A stretch of 64,000 nt of DNA, taken from NCBI GenBank assembly GCA_963803805.1, contig CAWDOD010000011.1:256001-320000 (forward strand), in the 5' to 3' direction. The translations under genes and the position numbers were made by a program. The notes under the pieces are model-generated. The model did no database searches and was not told the origin of the DNA. It saw only the letters and a list, made by a program, of their open reading frames with translations. Position 1 is the stretch's first letter, and each line of letters starts with the position of its first letter. The DNA comes from an uncultured cyanobacterium (lineage in GTDB: Bacteria; Cyanobacteriota; Cyanobacteriia; Cyanobacteriales; CAWCAG01). Below, piece after piece: positions 8,617 to 19,347 of this stretch.

Positions 8617-9270
8617 ATGTATCAACAACTAAGCCTTCTTGATAATCAGAAAAATAAAGAAGGCAAACTAGAAGAAGCCCCAGATAAATATCAATTAATT
8701 TCTATACCTGATGGCGAGATATTTCTTGTCCCTCACTTTTTTAATCAAGAAGAAAGTGACTCTTTATTTGCTACTTTGCATCAGGAAATTCAATGGAGAC
8801 AAGATTTTATTAAAATGTATGGTAAATCTATTCCTCTGCCTAGATTAACGGCTTGGTATGGAGAGGAAGGCAAGTCTTATACCTACTCAAAAATACAAAT
8901 GAATCCTACCCCTTGGACAAATAGTTTGTTGAAGATTAAATCCCGAATTGAAAAGCTGGTTGAAGTAGAGTTGAATAGTGTTTTAATTAATCTTTATCGT
9001 GATGGTAAAGATAGTGTCGCTTGGCATAGCGATGATGAACCAGAATTAGGAAATATGCCAGTTATTGTCTCTGTAAGTTTTGGTGGAGCCAGACGTTTTG
9101 TACTTAAGCATAAACATAACAAAAACCTCGGAAAAGTTGCTCTCAAGCTAAGTCATGGTAGCTTGTTAGTTATGAAAGGAAACACACAAGCAGCTTGGCA
9201 GCATCAAGTTCCTAAAACTGCTAAAAAAGTTGCTCCCAGAATTAACTTAACTTATAGAAAAATTAATTAA
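8617..9270 (+). CDS. AlkB-family 2OG-Fe(II) dioxygenase (ALKBH2/3-like)
   Basis: PRLTAWYG, NLYRDGKDSVAWHSDDE, HQVPK and RINLTYR motifs. Confidence 0.9.
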   Translation: MYQQLSLLDNQKNKEGKLEEAPDKYQLISIPDGEIFLVPHFFNQEESDSLFATLHQEIQWRQDFIKMYGKSIPLPRLTAWYGEEGKSYTYSKIQMNPTPWTNSLLKIKSRIEKLVEVELNSVLINLYRDGKDSVAWHSDDEPELGNMPVIVSVSFGGARRFVLKHKHNKNLGKVALKLSHGSLLVMKGNTQAAWQHQVPKTAKKVAPRINLTYRKIN

Positions 9271-9376
9271 GAGGGAAAAAGTTTTTCTTGCCTTTGACTC
9301 TTTTATCTAACTATATTTAGATCAGATTCTGTTTTGGGAATAATAACTTCAAACCTTTAACCTGCAAGCTATAAGT

Positions 9377-10342
9377 ATGAAGCAGACTATCTATTTGGGT
9401 GTAACTATTGCTTTACTAGGATTAACTACTCCTTTAGTTAAGGCACAAACAACAGAAAAACTTGCTAGTAGAAATACCATCAACCTTCTAGAAAGGGGGC
9501 AAGAAAAATATGCTGGAGGAGATTATGGAGGGGCGATCGCCAATTTTAGTAATGTCATTAATTTATCTCCAAAACTAGCCACAGCTTACTACAATCGAGG
9601 CTTGGCGAGATATAAATTAGGGGATAGTAGGGGGGCTTTTATTGATTTTAATCAATCAATTCAATTAGACAGCAATCAAGCAGACTTCTATATTAATCGG
9701 GGTTTGGTTTATGCTGAGTTGCAAAGCTATCAACAAGCCATTTTAGATTATGATCGCGGCTTAGAACTAGAAGCAGAAAACCCTTCAGCTTATAATTATC
9801 GTGGGGAAACTAAAGAGCAATTGGCAGACTTTCCGGGAGCGATCGCTGATTATACTATTGCTATTTCTTTACAGCCTCAATATACCAAAGCTTATTTAAA
9901 CCGAGGCTTACTTTATAGCAAGCTAGGTAATAATCAACTTGCCTTAGAAGATTTTAACCAGCTACAAAATCTTAATCCCCAATCAGCAGAAACTTATCGC
10001 CATCGAGGTATTGTCTTGCGACAAATGGGCGATTATGAGGGAGCAATCATTGATTATGAAATGGCTCTTGCCCTTGAACCAAGGGATTCTCTGACTTATT
10101 ATAATCGCGCGATCGCCTTAGCTAATCAAGGAGAATACTTCGCCGCTATCCAAGACTACACCGAAGCTATCAACCTCAATTCTAACTTAGCGATCGCCTA
10201 CGGTAATAGAGGGCTATTGTACCAGGAAATAGGAAATTTTTCTAAGGCTAACGAAGATTTGCGCCAAGCAGCAAAACTCTTTTTGGCTCAAAGTCAAATG
10301 GAAGATTATCTTAAAGTATTAGCTGTTTTGAGAAATTTTTAA
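9377..10342 (+). CDS. Secreted TPR-repeat protein
   Basis: Signal peptide; repeated AYYNRG...AI.DY..AI units. Confidence 0.9.
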   Translation: MKQTIYLGVTIALLGLTTPLVKAQTTEKLASRNTINLLERGQEKYAGGDYGGAIANFSNVINLSPKLATAYYNRGLARYKLGDSRGAFIDFNQSIQLDSNQADFYINRGLVYAELQSYQQAILDYDRGLELEAENPSAYNYRGETKEQLADFPGAIADYTIAISLQPQYTKAYLNRGLLYSKLGNNQLALEDFNQLQNLNPQSAETYRHRGIVLRQMGDYEGAIIDYEMALALEPRDSLTYYNRAIALANQGEYFAAIQDYTEAINLNSNLAIAYGNRGLLYQEIGNFSKANEDLRQAAKLFLAQSQMEDYLKVLAVLRNF

Positions 10343-10421
10343 GGGAGAAATAAACTTATTTAATAGCTTACCTAAGTGATTTTTATTGGTATTAAGTGTT
10401 TAAAAAATTACCACGAAAAAT

Positions 10422-10437
10422 TGTGATTGAAGTCACA
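10422..10437. promoter_or_regulatory. CRP (SyCRP1)-type binding site
   Basis: Perfect TGTGA-TTGAAG-TCACA with A/T-rich flanks. Confidence 0.6.
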
Positions 10438-10669
10438 AAAATTTCTTTAAAAAATCACTTTATACCAAGACTATTCTCACAGGTAGCCAGAGATTAAAAC
10501 AGGATAATAGTAACTGTGAGGCAAGCGCCAAAGCTTTAGGTCAAATCCTTAAGGCTTTATTTAACTCCCAAGTCATCAGGGGAATTTGCAACCTCTAATT
10601 GTAATACATTGATAGTATATAAACTTTAATTTTTTCAAATTTCCTGTGTAATCTATGTGCTGAATAACG

Positions 10670-10703
10670 AGAGACATTCTTGTGGGGATGTCTCTTTTTT
10701 TTT
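10670..10703 (+). terminator. Intrinsic terminator
   Basis: 11-bp stem AGAGACATTCT/GGGATGTCTCT followed by T9. Confidence 0.8.
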
Positions 10704-10725
10704 GCTTGTTATTCGCAATCAACAA

Positions 10726-11025
10726 TCAACTCCAGTCTTCTTTATCCTCTCCTGAATTACCTTTTTGGTAGACTTTACCAAGAGCGTGAATTTCGCGAGT
10801 TTTAGCAAAAAGCTTTTCTTCTGTTAGTTGCCAGTTTTGTAGTACATTAGCTAAGTCGCTTTGAATATCCCTCGCACCAGGAAAATTCTTATAGCGAATG
10901 CACAATCTAGCTAGTTCAGTTAAATTATAATCATTGGCTTCCCCCCTTAACAGACGATTAACAATAATGCGATCTCGACTTTCTTGGGGATGTTTTTGAT
11001 CTCTGGTTTTGGTTTCTTTATTCAT
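10726..11025 (-). CDS. DUF3288-family conserved cyanobacterial protein
   Basis: DQKHPQ...DR, NLTELARL.IRY.NFPGARDIQ and terminal EDWS. Confidence 0.8.
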   Translation of the reverse strand: MNKETKTRDQKHPQESRDRIIVNRLLRGEANDYNLTELARLCIRYKNFPGARDIQSDLANVLQNWQLTEEKLFAKTREIHALGKVYQKGNSGEDKEDWS

Positions 11026-11070
11026 AAGTTTCACTCTTTTTGGTAGTAAGCGTGATTATACAAAAGTTAG

Positions 11071-11631
11071 ATGAAAAATATTACTTTAGGAAAATACTTA
11101 AGCTTAGAAGATTTTTGTACTTGTACCAGTACTTATAAGAAATATCAAGAACAGATTAAACCTTACCCTCAAAAATTAGAATCTATTACTGCTCTTAAAA
11201 AACTTAATCAGCTTATTATTGACCCGATCATTGATAATTTTGGGAGAGACAAATTTCAATTAACCTATGGATTTTGTTCTAGAGATTTAAAGAGATTCTT
11301 AAATAAAAAAGACCCTATAACCGGAATCAAAAATGGTCGTGTTGAGCCTTCTATTGACCAGCATATGGCTTGGGAAACGAACAGTAAAGGTAATTACTAT
11401 TGTCCCCGTTTGGGAGCTGCTTGTGACTTTTCAATCAAAGAAACAAGCAGCGCTCACGTAGTAGATTGGATTGTAACAACTAAACTTCCTTTTGATTCGG
11501 TCTATTTTTACAGTTCCCATAAACCCATTCATATCAGCTATGGGCCTCAACACAAACGAGTAATTTGGGCATTTAATGCTACAGGACAACCGACGAAGAA
11601 AGGAACAGAAAAATGGCAAACCACAAATTAA
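11071..11631 (+). CDS. Peptidase M15-like (zinc, HxxxxD...H) hypothetical protein
   Basis: LTYGFCS, DQHMA, GAACDF and PIHISY resemble M15A motifs. Confidence 0.55.
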   Translation: MKNITLGKYLSLEDFCTCTSTYKKYQEQIKPYPQKLESITALKKLNQLIIDPIIDNFGRDKFQLTYGFCSRDLKRFLNKKDPITGIKNGRVEPSIDQHMAWETNSKGNYYCPRLGAACDFSIKETSSAHVVDWIVTTKLPFDSVYFYSSHKPIHISYGPQHKRVIWAFNATGQPTKKGTEKWQTTN

Positions 11632-11768
11632 ACAAATGCCTTACTTTACTATTATTCAAGGCTTCTGGGTAACAGGTAATGGTTAATAGGTAGAAACTAC
11701 AGCTTATTTTAATTGACTTGATGAGATGTCGTTTAGAAGCAGATCAGCTTACCTCTCGTTTGCAAGTA

Positions 11769-11781
11769 TGACAGCCTGTCT
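11769..11781. promoter_or_regulatory. Candidate PetR box upstream of petJ
   Basis: TGAC-AGCCT-GTCT (GAC-N5-GTC) about 70 bp before the petJ start. Confidence 0.55.
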
Positions 11782-11847
11782 TTTGACTCTCATATCCACT
11801 TTGGCAAAAATGAATATATCACCTATACCAAAGAGAGGAAAGCACTT

Positions 11848-12180
11848 TTGAAGAGATTTTTATCATTGATTTGGCTAGCGATCGCCCTATTTTGCCTAAC
11901 CTGGGCTAATCCTGCTTATGCTGGGGATGCAGCTAAGGGCGCTCCAATATTCAGTGCCAACTGTGCAGCTTGTCATATGGGCGGTAATAACGTCATTAAC
12001 GGCGCTAAAACCCTCAAAAAAGATGCCTTAGAAAAATACGGTATGTTTTCTCAAGAGGCTATTGTTACCCAAGTTACCAATGGCAAGATGGCAATGCCTG
12101 CTTTTCGGGGTAAGTTGAGTGCAGAACAAATTGAAGACGTTGCAGCTTATGTTTTAGATAAAGCTGAGGCAGGTTGGTAA
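11848..12180 (+). CDS. petJ: Cytochrome c6
   Basis: Signal peptide, [25 protein letters not shown] and terminal GW; AGAGGA RBS. Confidence 0.93.
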   Translation: MKRFLSLIWLAIALFCLTWANPAYAGDAAKGAPIFSANCAACHMGGNNVINGAKTLKKDALEKYGMFSQEAIVTQVTNGKMAMPAFRGKLSAEQIEDVAAYVLDKAEAGW

Positions 12181-12318
12181 TCAATTAGGCTCAAGATTGA
12201 CAGATTGAATTGAAGAAAATTTGATCTGTCAATTTGCCTTTGCTCATTCTCCTCAAAACATCGAATCAGCAACTTACTGCTTGCTGTGTTCACTCAAGGG
12301 GTTTTCTTGGTTAAAGAG

Positions 12319-12762
12319 TCAGGGAGCTAACCAAGAAAAAGGCCACATAGGTAAATTTCTTAATACCCAATAGCTCAAAACCACAACTAACAAGCCCCAA
12401 ATCCATTTGCCCTTGATATAAGGCTGAGGCAACCTATAACCGGTAATAACTGGGGCGCTGTAGGCACAGAAGGCATAAATTAAATATGGCAGGAATAGCA
12501 CCATCAAAGGATTCAAATCCATTGCTGCTACAATGTTGCCGTGTAAGATTTGGTGCAAGCCGCGCATAGTGCCACACCCTGGGCAATACAAGTTTGTTAA
12601 ACTCCGAAAAGGGCTAGGGGGGAAAAAAGTGTCTGGTGCAGCAGGATCAAAGTTGTATAGTAATACAATAGCTGTTGTAATTACACCACATAACAGCGCT
12701 ACTTTGAGGCGTTTGGGAAGTAAGTCTCCCCCTTGTATAGTATCTAATCTTTGTTTCATCAT
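12319..12762 (-). CDS. DUF2752-family membrane protein
   Basis: CPGCGTMRG...HG...NPL and terminal RNLP motifs. Confidence 0.8.
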   Translation of the reverse strand: MMKQRLDTIQGGDLLPKRLKVALLCGVITTAIVLLYNFDPAAPDTFFPPSPFRSLTNLYCPGCGTMRGLHQILHGNIVAAMDLNPLMVLFLPYLIYAFCAYSAPVITGYRLPQPYIKGKWIWGLLVVVLSYWVLRNLPMWPFSWLAP

Positions 12763-12836
12763 CGATTTAATTGTTAAGAGTGGCTTTAGCTGAATTTCCC
12801 AATTTCAAGGCAACTATTTAAAGTTTATTCACTTAA

Positions 12837-15269
12837 TCAACTCCGCAAAGTTACCCTAAATTCATCTGTCAAAGCTTCTCTAACTTTTTGATGAATAGAT
12901 TCAATATCTTGTTCTTTTAAAGTGCGATCGCTGGCTCTGTAAGCAAGACTAAAAGCCAAACTGCGCTCCCCTTCCGGCACATTTTCACCCCGATACTCAT
13001 CAAACAATTCTACCTTGTCGAGAAGTTTACCCCCGGCTTTTTTCATACCTTGAACTAATTGGGCTACAGAAATCTCTATAGGTGCAAAAAAGGCAATATC
13101 CCTCGCTGCCGCCGGATAGGTAGAAAAAGTTTGGAAGTTGCTACTTTTGCTTTCTTGTTGTTCCAAACTTTCTAAAAGTACTGGAGCAGAAAGAATAAAA
13201 ATATAAACCTCATCAGGTAAGTCTTTTTCTTTCCTTAATTGAGGATGAATTTGCCCAAAAGTTCCTAAACGTTTACCATTTATCCATAAAGAAGCAGTAC
13301 GGCCAGGATGTAATCTTTGATCTTGGTTACTAGGTTGATATTCTACTTGCAAACCCAACAAATTAAAAGCACTTTCTAAGCAACCTTTAGCCTCAAACCA
13401 ACCCATAGCATCACCTTTGCCCCCTTTTGTCCAACTTCCTTGGGGATGCAAATCTCCTCCCAAAATCCCGGCTACAGAATCAGCTTCCCCTAAACCCTCT
13501 TCCCCACGCCAAAAAATGCGCCCAAATTCAAAGGCATTAAGAGAACCATTACCCCGTGAGTAATTGTATTGGAAAGCATTAATTAAACCACCTAGTAAAT
13601 CTGTACGCAGAGATGAATACTCGCTGAATAAAGGGTTATCTAAAACAACTTCCTCCCCTTCCGGTTTAACCAAAGAGTAATGGACAACTTCTGTCAATCC
13701 TACCCCTTGAAAAGCCCGACGTACTTTACGTTTAACCTTCTCGCTACTAGGAAGATACCCCGGTTGAGTTTTACTAGGTAGGGTATCGCAAAAATGATCA
13801 TAACCGTAGAGGCGAGCAACTTCTTCAATAAGATCAATTTCCCGCTCTAAATCTCGGTAGCGATAAGGGGGAACTTTTACCATCCAAGTCTGGGACTCTG
13901 TACTAGTTAGTTGACATCCTAAAGCAGTAAGAATTTTTTCTACATCTTCTGGGGTAATGTAACCTGTACCATCTTCTAGCTTAATTTGACCCAAAATCTG
14001 ATTAATTCTACTTAAGCGTAACTCAATAGAGGGACTCCAACTACTGGGATCTGGTCTGGCATCGGCAATTGCTTGCTTAACCGGATTGCCCCCAGCAAGC
14101 TCCTGTAAAAGGGCGATCGCTCTATTGCAAGCTACTGATAATTCTGCCTGGTTAACACTACGCTCGTAACGAGCAGAGGCTTCTGTACGCAGGTTTTGAC
14201 TCCGGGAGGAGCGGCGAATAACTACAGGGTCAAAAAGAGCGGCTTCGAGGAGAATTTCTTTAGTTGTGGAGTGAACTTCTGTGGCTTCTCCTCCCATCAC
14301 CCCTGCCAAGGCTACAGGTTTTTCGTTGGCTTTGATAAGTAGGTTAGAGGATTTTAGCTGACGCTCATTACCATCTAAGGTGTTTAAAGATTCCCCTTGG
14401 GCAGAAAAGTCCACGCTAATAGTTAAATCATTGCCTCCAGCCACAGCTTGTAAACGCTCTAGATCGAAGGCGTGGAGGGGCTGTCCCCATTCCAAAAGCA
14501 CATAATTGGTAATATCAACAATATTATTAATTGGTCGTACCCCAGCCGCTTCTAAACGCCACTTTAACCATTCTGGGGAGGGTGCAATTTGTAAGTCTTT
14601 AATTACTGTACCGATATAAGCTGGACAAGCTTTAGGATCAGCAATATCTAAATTAAGGTCATCTTGGCTAGGAATTTCTAACTCTGGAGATGGGGGCAAC
14701 TTTACTTTTGCCCCAGTTAAAGCGGCAACTTCCCGTGCCACTCCTACCATACTCAAAGCATCAGCACGGTTAGCGGTGGTAGCCAAATCCAAGACAATAT
14801 CATTTAACCCCAATAAAGGGGCCACTTCCTTTCCTGGTACTAAATCTTCCCCAGGAAAAATATAAATCCCTTCAGATTCCTTGGCTAAACCTAATTCTGC
14901 TAAAGAACAAATCATCCCGGCTGAGCTTTGACCCCGCAGTTTCGCTGCCTTGATTTTAATATCTACTGCGGGTAAATAAGCCCCAACCGTCGCCACAGGA
15001 ACATAAATATCTCCCTTCACATTGGCAGCCCCACAAACAATTTGGGAAAGCTCACTTTGACCAATATCAACTTGACAAACACTTAACTTATCAGCATTAG
15101 GATGACGCTGACATTCAACAACCTTACCCACCACTACTCCAGTTGCCCAAGTATGGCGATCTTCGATTTCTTCTACCTCAAAACCTGCTACTGTCAGGGT
15201 TTGGGCCAATTCTTCTGGGGAAAGATTAACATCTACTAATTCCCGCAGCCAGTTTAAAGAGATGCGCAT
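12837..15269 (-). CDS. pheT: Phenylalanine--tRNA ligase beta subunit
   Basis: [36 protein letters not shown] and FDX-ACB C-terminus. Confidence 0.98.
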   Translation of the reverse strand: MRISLNWLRELVDVNLSPEELAQTLTVAGFEVEEIEDRHTWATGVVVGKVVECQRHPNADKLSVCQVDIGQSELSQIVCGAANVKGDIYVPVATVGAYLPAVDIKIKAAKLRGQSSAGMICSLAELGLAKESEGIYIFPGEDLVPGKEVAPLLGLNDIVLDLATTANRADALSMVGVAREVAALTGAKVKLPPSPELEIPSQDDLNLDIADPKACPAYIGTVIKDLQIAPSPEWLKWRLEAAGVRPINNIVDITNYVLLEWGQPLHAFDLERLQAVAGGNDLTISVDFSAQGESLNTLDGNERQLKSSNLLIKANEKPVALAGVMGGEATEVHSTTKEILLEAALFDPVVIRRSSRSQNLRTEASARYERSVNQAELSVACNRAIALLQELAGGNPVKQAIADARPDPSSWSPSIELRLSRINQILGQIKLEDGTGYITPEDVEKILTALGCQLTSTESQTWMVKVPPYRYRDLEREIDLIEEVARLYGYDHFCDTLPSKTQPGYLPSSEKVKRKVRRAFQGVGLTEVVHYSLVKPEGEEVVLDNPLFSEYSSLRTDLLGGLINAFQYNYSRGNGSLNAFEFGRIFWRGEEGLGEADSVAGILGGDLHPQGSWTKGGKGDAMGWFEAKGCLESAFNLLGLQVEYQPSNQDQRLHPGRTASLWINGKRLGTFGQIHPQLRKEKDLPDEVYIFILSAPVLLESLEQQESKSSNFQTFSTYPAAARDIAFFAPIEISVAQLVQGMKKAGGKLLDKVELFDEYRGENVPEGERSLAFSLAYRASDRTLKEQDIESIHQKVREALTDEFRVTLRS

Positions 15270-15706
15270 TTACTACTAGCTTCTACCTATTCTTAATCAC
15301 TCGTGTCTTTTATCTTAAGGTAGTCTCGCCCAAGGGAGTAGTCATTGAGGCAATTTTATTGCTTACTAACACTTCAAGGCTAATTCTGGGCAAAATAGAT
15401 CTAAGTACAGCTACTTTGAAAAAAAGTAGTCTTAAGCAAGTTTGAATTAAATAAAATAAGATATCCTAGGTGGGCTAGGGAATTTTTGTGATTGATTACT
15501 ACTAACAAACAGGGTGTTCAACTCAGTCATTAGGTAAAACCACAAGGAATTATTCTTAATTTTGGTCAAATTTACTTCAAATAGTTGGCAGGAGAGTCTG
15601 TCAAAGGTTTACACTGAAAATATATCTACTTTCCCCCAAACTCTGTCAATTGAAGATTGACAAACTGCTAGTCCTAGCCCAGACAACGCAACATCGGTGA
15701 CGCTGA

Positions 15707-17332
15707 ATGAGCTACTGCCTTAACCCTTCCTGTCCTCAGCCCAAAAATCCAGACTCAGTTAAAGCCTGTAAATCTTGCGGCTCTTCTCTACTGCTGAAGA
15801 GTCGCTATTTGGGGCAAAGATGCCTTGGACAAGGAGGATTTGGTGCGACTTTTTTAGCCCGTGATCTCTCACTTCCAGGAAAGCCCAGTTGTGTGATCAA
15901 ACAACTACGACCTTCTAGTAGTTCCCCTCATATTCTACAAATGGCCCGGGAGTTATTTGAACGGGAAGCAGAAACATTGGGACGTATCGGTAATCATCCT
16001 CAAGTGCCGAGGTTACTAGACTATTTTGAGGAAAATGAGAATTTTTATTTAGTCCAAGAATACGTCAAAGGCAATAACCTACAACAAGAAATTAAACGCA
16101 ACGGCCCCCTCACTGAAGCCGGAGTGAAACAATTTCTGAGTGAGATTATGCCGATGATTCAATACATCCACTCCCAACAAGTTATTCACCGAGATATCAA
16201 ACCAGCTAACCTGATTCGTCGGGAACAAGATAAGAAACTAGTACTCATTGATTTTGGGGCCGTTAAAAATCAGATTACCCCAGAACAAACCTCCGACTCT
16301 GCCGATCAAACTGCCTTTACACAATTTGCCATTGGTACTCCCGGCTTCGCCCCCCCAGAGCAAATGGCTATGCGGCCAGTTTATGCCAGTGATATTTATG
16401 CTATTGGGGTAACTGCTATTTATCTTCTTACAGGAAAAGCGCCCAAAGACTTAGACTACAACCCGGCAACGGGAGAAATGGTTTGGCGCAAATATGTTGA
16501 TATTAGTGATCATCTAGCTCAAGTGCTGGGTAAAATGCTTGAGGTGGGGGTACGCCATCGCTATCAAAAAACAGATGATGTACTAAGGGCTTTGGATTTA
16601 GAGCCTTATTTAGAAGGATTAGCAGAAAGTTTAGTTACCAAAGTTAACCCCCCAAAAAAAGGGCAAATAGATACTTTCAACTTACCCAATAATTTTAATC
16701 GAGCTAGCAACACCGCTAATACTTTACCAAGTTCTACTTCCTCCAAAAGAATTAGCTCGATGGCCGAAAAAATTCGCGCCCGTAGAGAAAGACTCAAACA
16801 ACAAGATACATCAGCCGGGAATTCTATAGGGGGAATGAATAGTACTTCTGGGAGAATGGCTAGTGGCAAACTTACTTCTTCTGGACGTAGGAAAAATCTA
16901 ACCAGATTAGATAAAAGTTCCCTATTGGAAGGTTACAAAAAAGGTAGAAGGGATTTTACTAGCCAAAATTTAAGTAGTATAGATTTACAACAAGCAAGCC
17001 TTTGTGATAGCCACTTCAATGAATCTCGGTTAACTAGGGCTAACTTACAAGGGGCTAATTTAGCTAATACTAATTTTGGTAAGGCTAACTTAACCAATGC
17101 CAATTTAAAAGATGCTGTTTTGAGTCGGGCTTACTTTAATTATGCCAATTTAGCAAATGCTGATTTGCGAGGAGCTGATCTTAGTTATGCCCATCTTAGT
17201 AATGCTAACTTAAAAGGAGCAAATCTATCGGGGGCTGATCTTAGTAACGCGAGAGTAACAGAAGAACAATTAGCTCAGGCTAAAACTAATTGGAATACTA
17301 TTTTACCCAGCGGTAAGCGGGGATTTTGGTAA
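15707..17332 (+). CDS. Ser/Thr protein kinase with N-terminal zinc ribbon and C-terminal pentapeptide repeats (SpkB-like)
   Basis: CLNPSC...CKSCG, LGQGGFG, HRDIKPAN, DFG, GTPGFAPPEQ and A(N/D)L repeats. Confidence 0.92.
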   Translation: MSYCLNPSCPQPKNPDSVKACKSCGSSLLLKSRYLGQRCLGQGGFGATFLARDLSLPGKPSCVIKQLRPSSSSPHILQMARELFEREAETLGRIGNHPQVPRLLDYFEENENFYLVQEYVKGNNLQQEIKRNGPLTEAGVKQFLSEIMPMIQYIHSQQVIHRDIKPANLIRREQDKKLVLIDFGAVKNQITPEQTSDSADQTAFTQFAIGTPGFAPPEQMAMRPVYASDIYAIGVTAIYLLTGKAPKDLDYNPATGEMVWRKYVDISDHLAQVLGKMLEVGVRHRYQKTDDVLRALDLEPYLEGLAESLVTKVNPPKKGQIDTFNLPNNFNRASNTANTLPSSTSSKRISSMAEKIRARRERLKQQDTSAGNSIGGMNSTSGRMASGKLTSSGRRKNLTRLDKSSLLEGYKKGRRDFTSQNLSSIDLQQASLCDSHFNESRLTRANLQGANLANTNFGKANLTNANLKDAVLSRAYFNYANLANADLRGADLSYAHLSNANLKGANLSGADLSNARVTEEQLAQAKTNWNTILPSGKRGFW

Positions 17333-17362
17333 TAAACATTTATCATTAAACACTAAACATTT

Positions 17363-17797
17363 ATGAGTCCTTTACCTAATTATCGCCCCAAAAAAATCTC
17401 CCTCGGACCTTTAGAAAGAGAGGTTTTAGAAATTGTTTGGGAACTAAAATCAGCTAGTGTTAAAGAAGTTCGCGATCGCATTTTACAAGACCCCAATCGG
17501 GAATTAGCTTATACTTCTGTAACTACCGTACTGCGTCGCCTCACAGAAAAAGGCTGGTTAGCTTGTGACCGAGAAGAAAGAGCTTTTTGTTGGCAACCCC
17601 GTATCTCTCGCCAAGAAGCAGAAATGATTCATGCCCATGACCAGCTTAATCGCTTTTTAGAAGTGGGTAATCCTGATGTGGTGGCTGCCTTTGCTGATAG
17701 CCTTGACAAAGCTAGTGTAGAACAGATTGCTGCTATTGCTCAGCGTATTCAAAAAGCCCGTCAAGAAAGGGAAGATGATGGGGCAGTAGAGAAGTAG
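17363..17797 (+). CDS. petR: BlaI/CopY-family regulator PetR
   Basis: YRPKKISLGPLE...ELAYTSVTTVLRRL...NPDVVAAFADSLD; directly followed by a BlaR-type protease, as in Synechocystis slr0240-slr0241. Confidence 0.8.
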   Translation: MSPLPNYRPKKISLGPLEREVLEIVWELKSASVKEVRDRILQDPNRELAYTSVTTVLRRLTEKGWLACDREERAFCWQPRISRQEAEMIHAHDQLNRFLEVGNPDVVAAFADSLDKASVEQIAAIAQRIQKARQEREDDGAVEK

Positions 17798-17838
17798 GGG
17801 GAGTAGTAGATATTTTAGGAAATGGGGGATAAGGATAA

Positions 17839-18680
17839 ATGCACCTGATTATGATCCTTGGAGTAGTAAGTTTAGCTTGCTTATTGAGGCTATGTTGGTT
17901 TCCCAATCAAGGAAACTGGTTAGCACGTTGGCAACAAGCATTGTTCCTTTTTCTCTTACCTCCCCTTTTGATTTTGATGAGTGGAATAGCCATACTTTTT
18001 ATGGGGCCTCAAGGGGAAATGATTGGACTTAGCACTGATTGGTTTAGCTACTTAATCACTATTTGTTGGTTGATTTTGGCTGTTATAGTAGCGGTCAAAT
18101 TAGGAGGAGAAGGAAGACAATTTAAAAGGAAAATACATAGCTGCCCTAGCCAAAAATTAGCCGGATACTCAGTTAAACTTCTGGAAAATCCTCTGCTTTT
18201 TTGCGCTCAAATCGGCTTTTGGCAACCAGAATTAGTAATAAGTAAAGGTTTAATAGATTGTCTGCAACCAAAACATTTAGAAGCTGTTTTGGCCCATGAA
18301 CAAGCTCATTTATTTTATCGAGATACCTTTTGGTTCTTTTGGTTAGGGTGGCTACGTAAAATCACTTTTTGGTTACCTCATACAGAAGCATTATGGCAAG
18401 AAATCCTCACCTTACGAGAAATTCGGCCGATAGTTGGGCAGCCCAAACAGTTGATCCTTTAGTGTTAGCAGAAGCATTGTTAACGGTGATAAGTTCCCCT
18501 TTGATGGTGTCAGAAAGCTTTAGCGCTGCGTTTAGTACTCCGGTTCCTCAAAATCGCTTACAAGAAAGAGTTGATGCTTTACTTAATAATTACGAGTTAC
18601 CTTCTCAGTTTAATTTCTGGATTTATGCAGGGATAATTTTAAGTTTATTTCCTTTAGTAGCAATACCTTTTCATAGTTGA
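17839..18680 (+). pseudogene. petP: BlaR/M56-type membrane metalloprotease PetP, split by a 1-bp frameshift at about 18425
   Basis: HEQAH zinc motif and DTFWFFWLGWLR in the first frame; ADSWAA...LAEALL...RLQERVDALL continues in another frame. Adding one G to CGGCC restores LREIRADSWAA. Confidence 0.75.
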
Positions 18681-18732
18681 TTGAAACAGCGCAAATAAAA
18701 TTTGTTAGGACAACAATTAATTATCTATCAAT

Positions 18733-19047
18733 TTAATAATGAATTGCTAGCCATATTGTCTCAGTATTAGGCTCAGTCCACTCTACTTTATGTTTCCTAT
18801 ATGCTTCTATATTTAGATAATCACCTTCTCGCAGCTTAATAGATGATTCATCTGCAAATGATAAAATTGCTTCACCTTTTAAGACTATAACCCATTCATT
18901 TTGTTCTTGTTCATACCAACCAGATTTTGGTGATGTATGCCCCTTGGAGATAATGCGTTCTATGAGTACATTATCACTTTTAACTAATTGCTCAAATATC
19001 TCATTTTCTAAGTTTTTTGGTATTCTATTAAATAGATTGTTCACCAC
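18733..19047 (-). CDS. Cupin domain protein
   Basis: IERIISKG.TSP..GWY.QEQNEWV.VLKG and KHKVEWT motifs. Confidence 0.85.
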   Translation of the reverse strand: MVNNLFNRIPKNLENEIFEQLVKSDNVLIERIISKGHTSPKSGWYEQEQNEWVIVLKGEAILSFADESSIKLREGDYLNIEAYRKHKVEWTEPNTETIWLAIHY

Positions 19048-19079
19048 ATTTTCATCTCATACTAAATCCTAACTTAGCA

Positions 19080-19307
19080 TCATTTGGTAGAGCGATGTTT
19101 GGCTATCAAGCTTCGCATTTCATTGCGAACTTCACGCCAAATTTTAAAGTTGGCGTGAATCTGTTCTTGAAAATCATTTCCTTGAAGATAAGCATTCCCT
19201 TTGTTATCAAAGGCAACTTTCAAATCATCTACTTTTACAAATGGTTCAAGTTCCTGGGTTAAGTTAGAGAATGTGTTGAATATTTGACTGACGTTTTGAG
19301 TACTCAT
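19080..19307 (-). CDS. Small hypothetical protein
   Basis: 75-aa ORF from MSTQNV; this start avoids overlap with the upstream gene. Confidence 0.45.
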   Translation of the reverse strand: MSTQNVSQIFNTFSNLTQELEPFVKVDDLKVAFDNKGNAYLQGNDFQEQIHANFKIWREVRNEMRSLIAKHRSTK

Positions 19308-19347
19308 AAAATTAATTATAAATATAGCAAGTCTCATATTCAAAATA

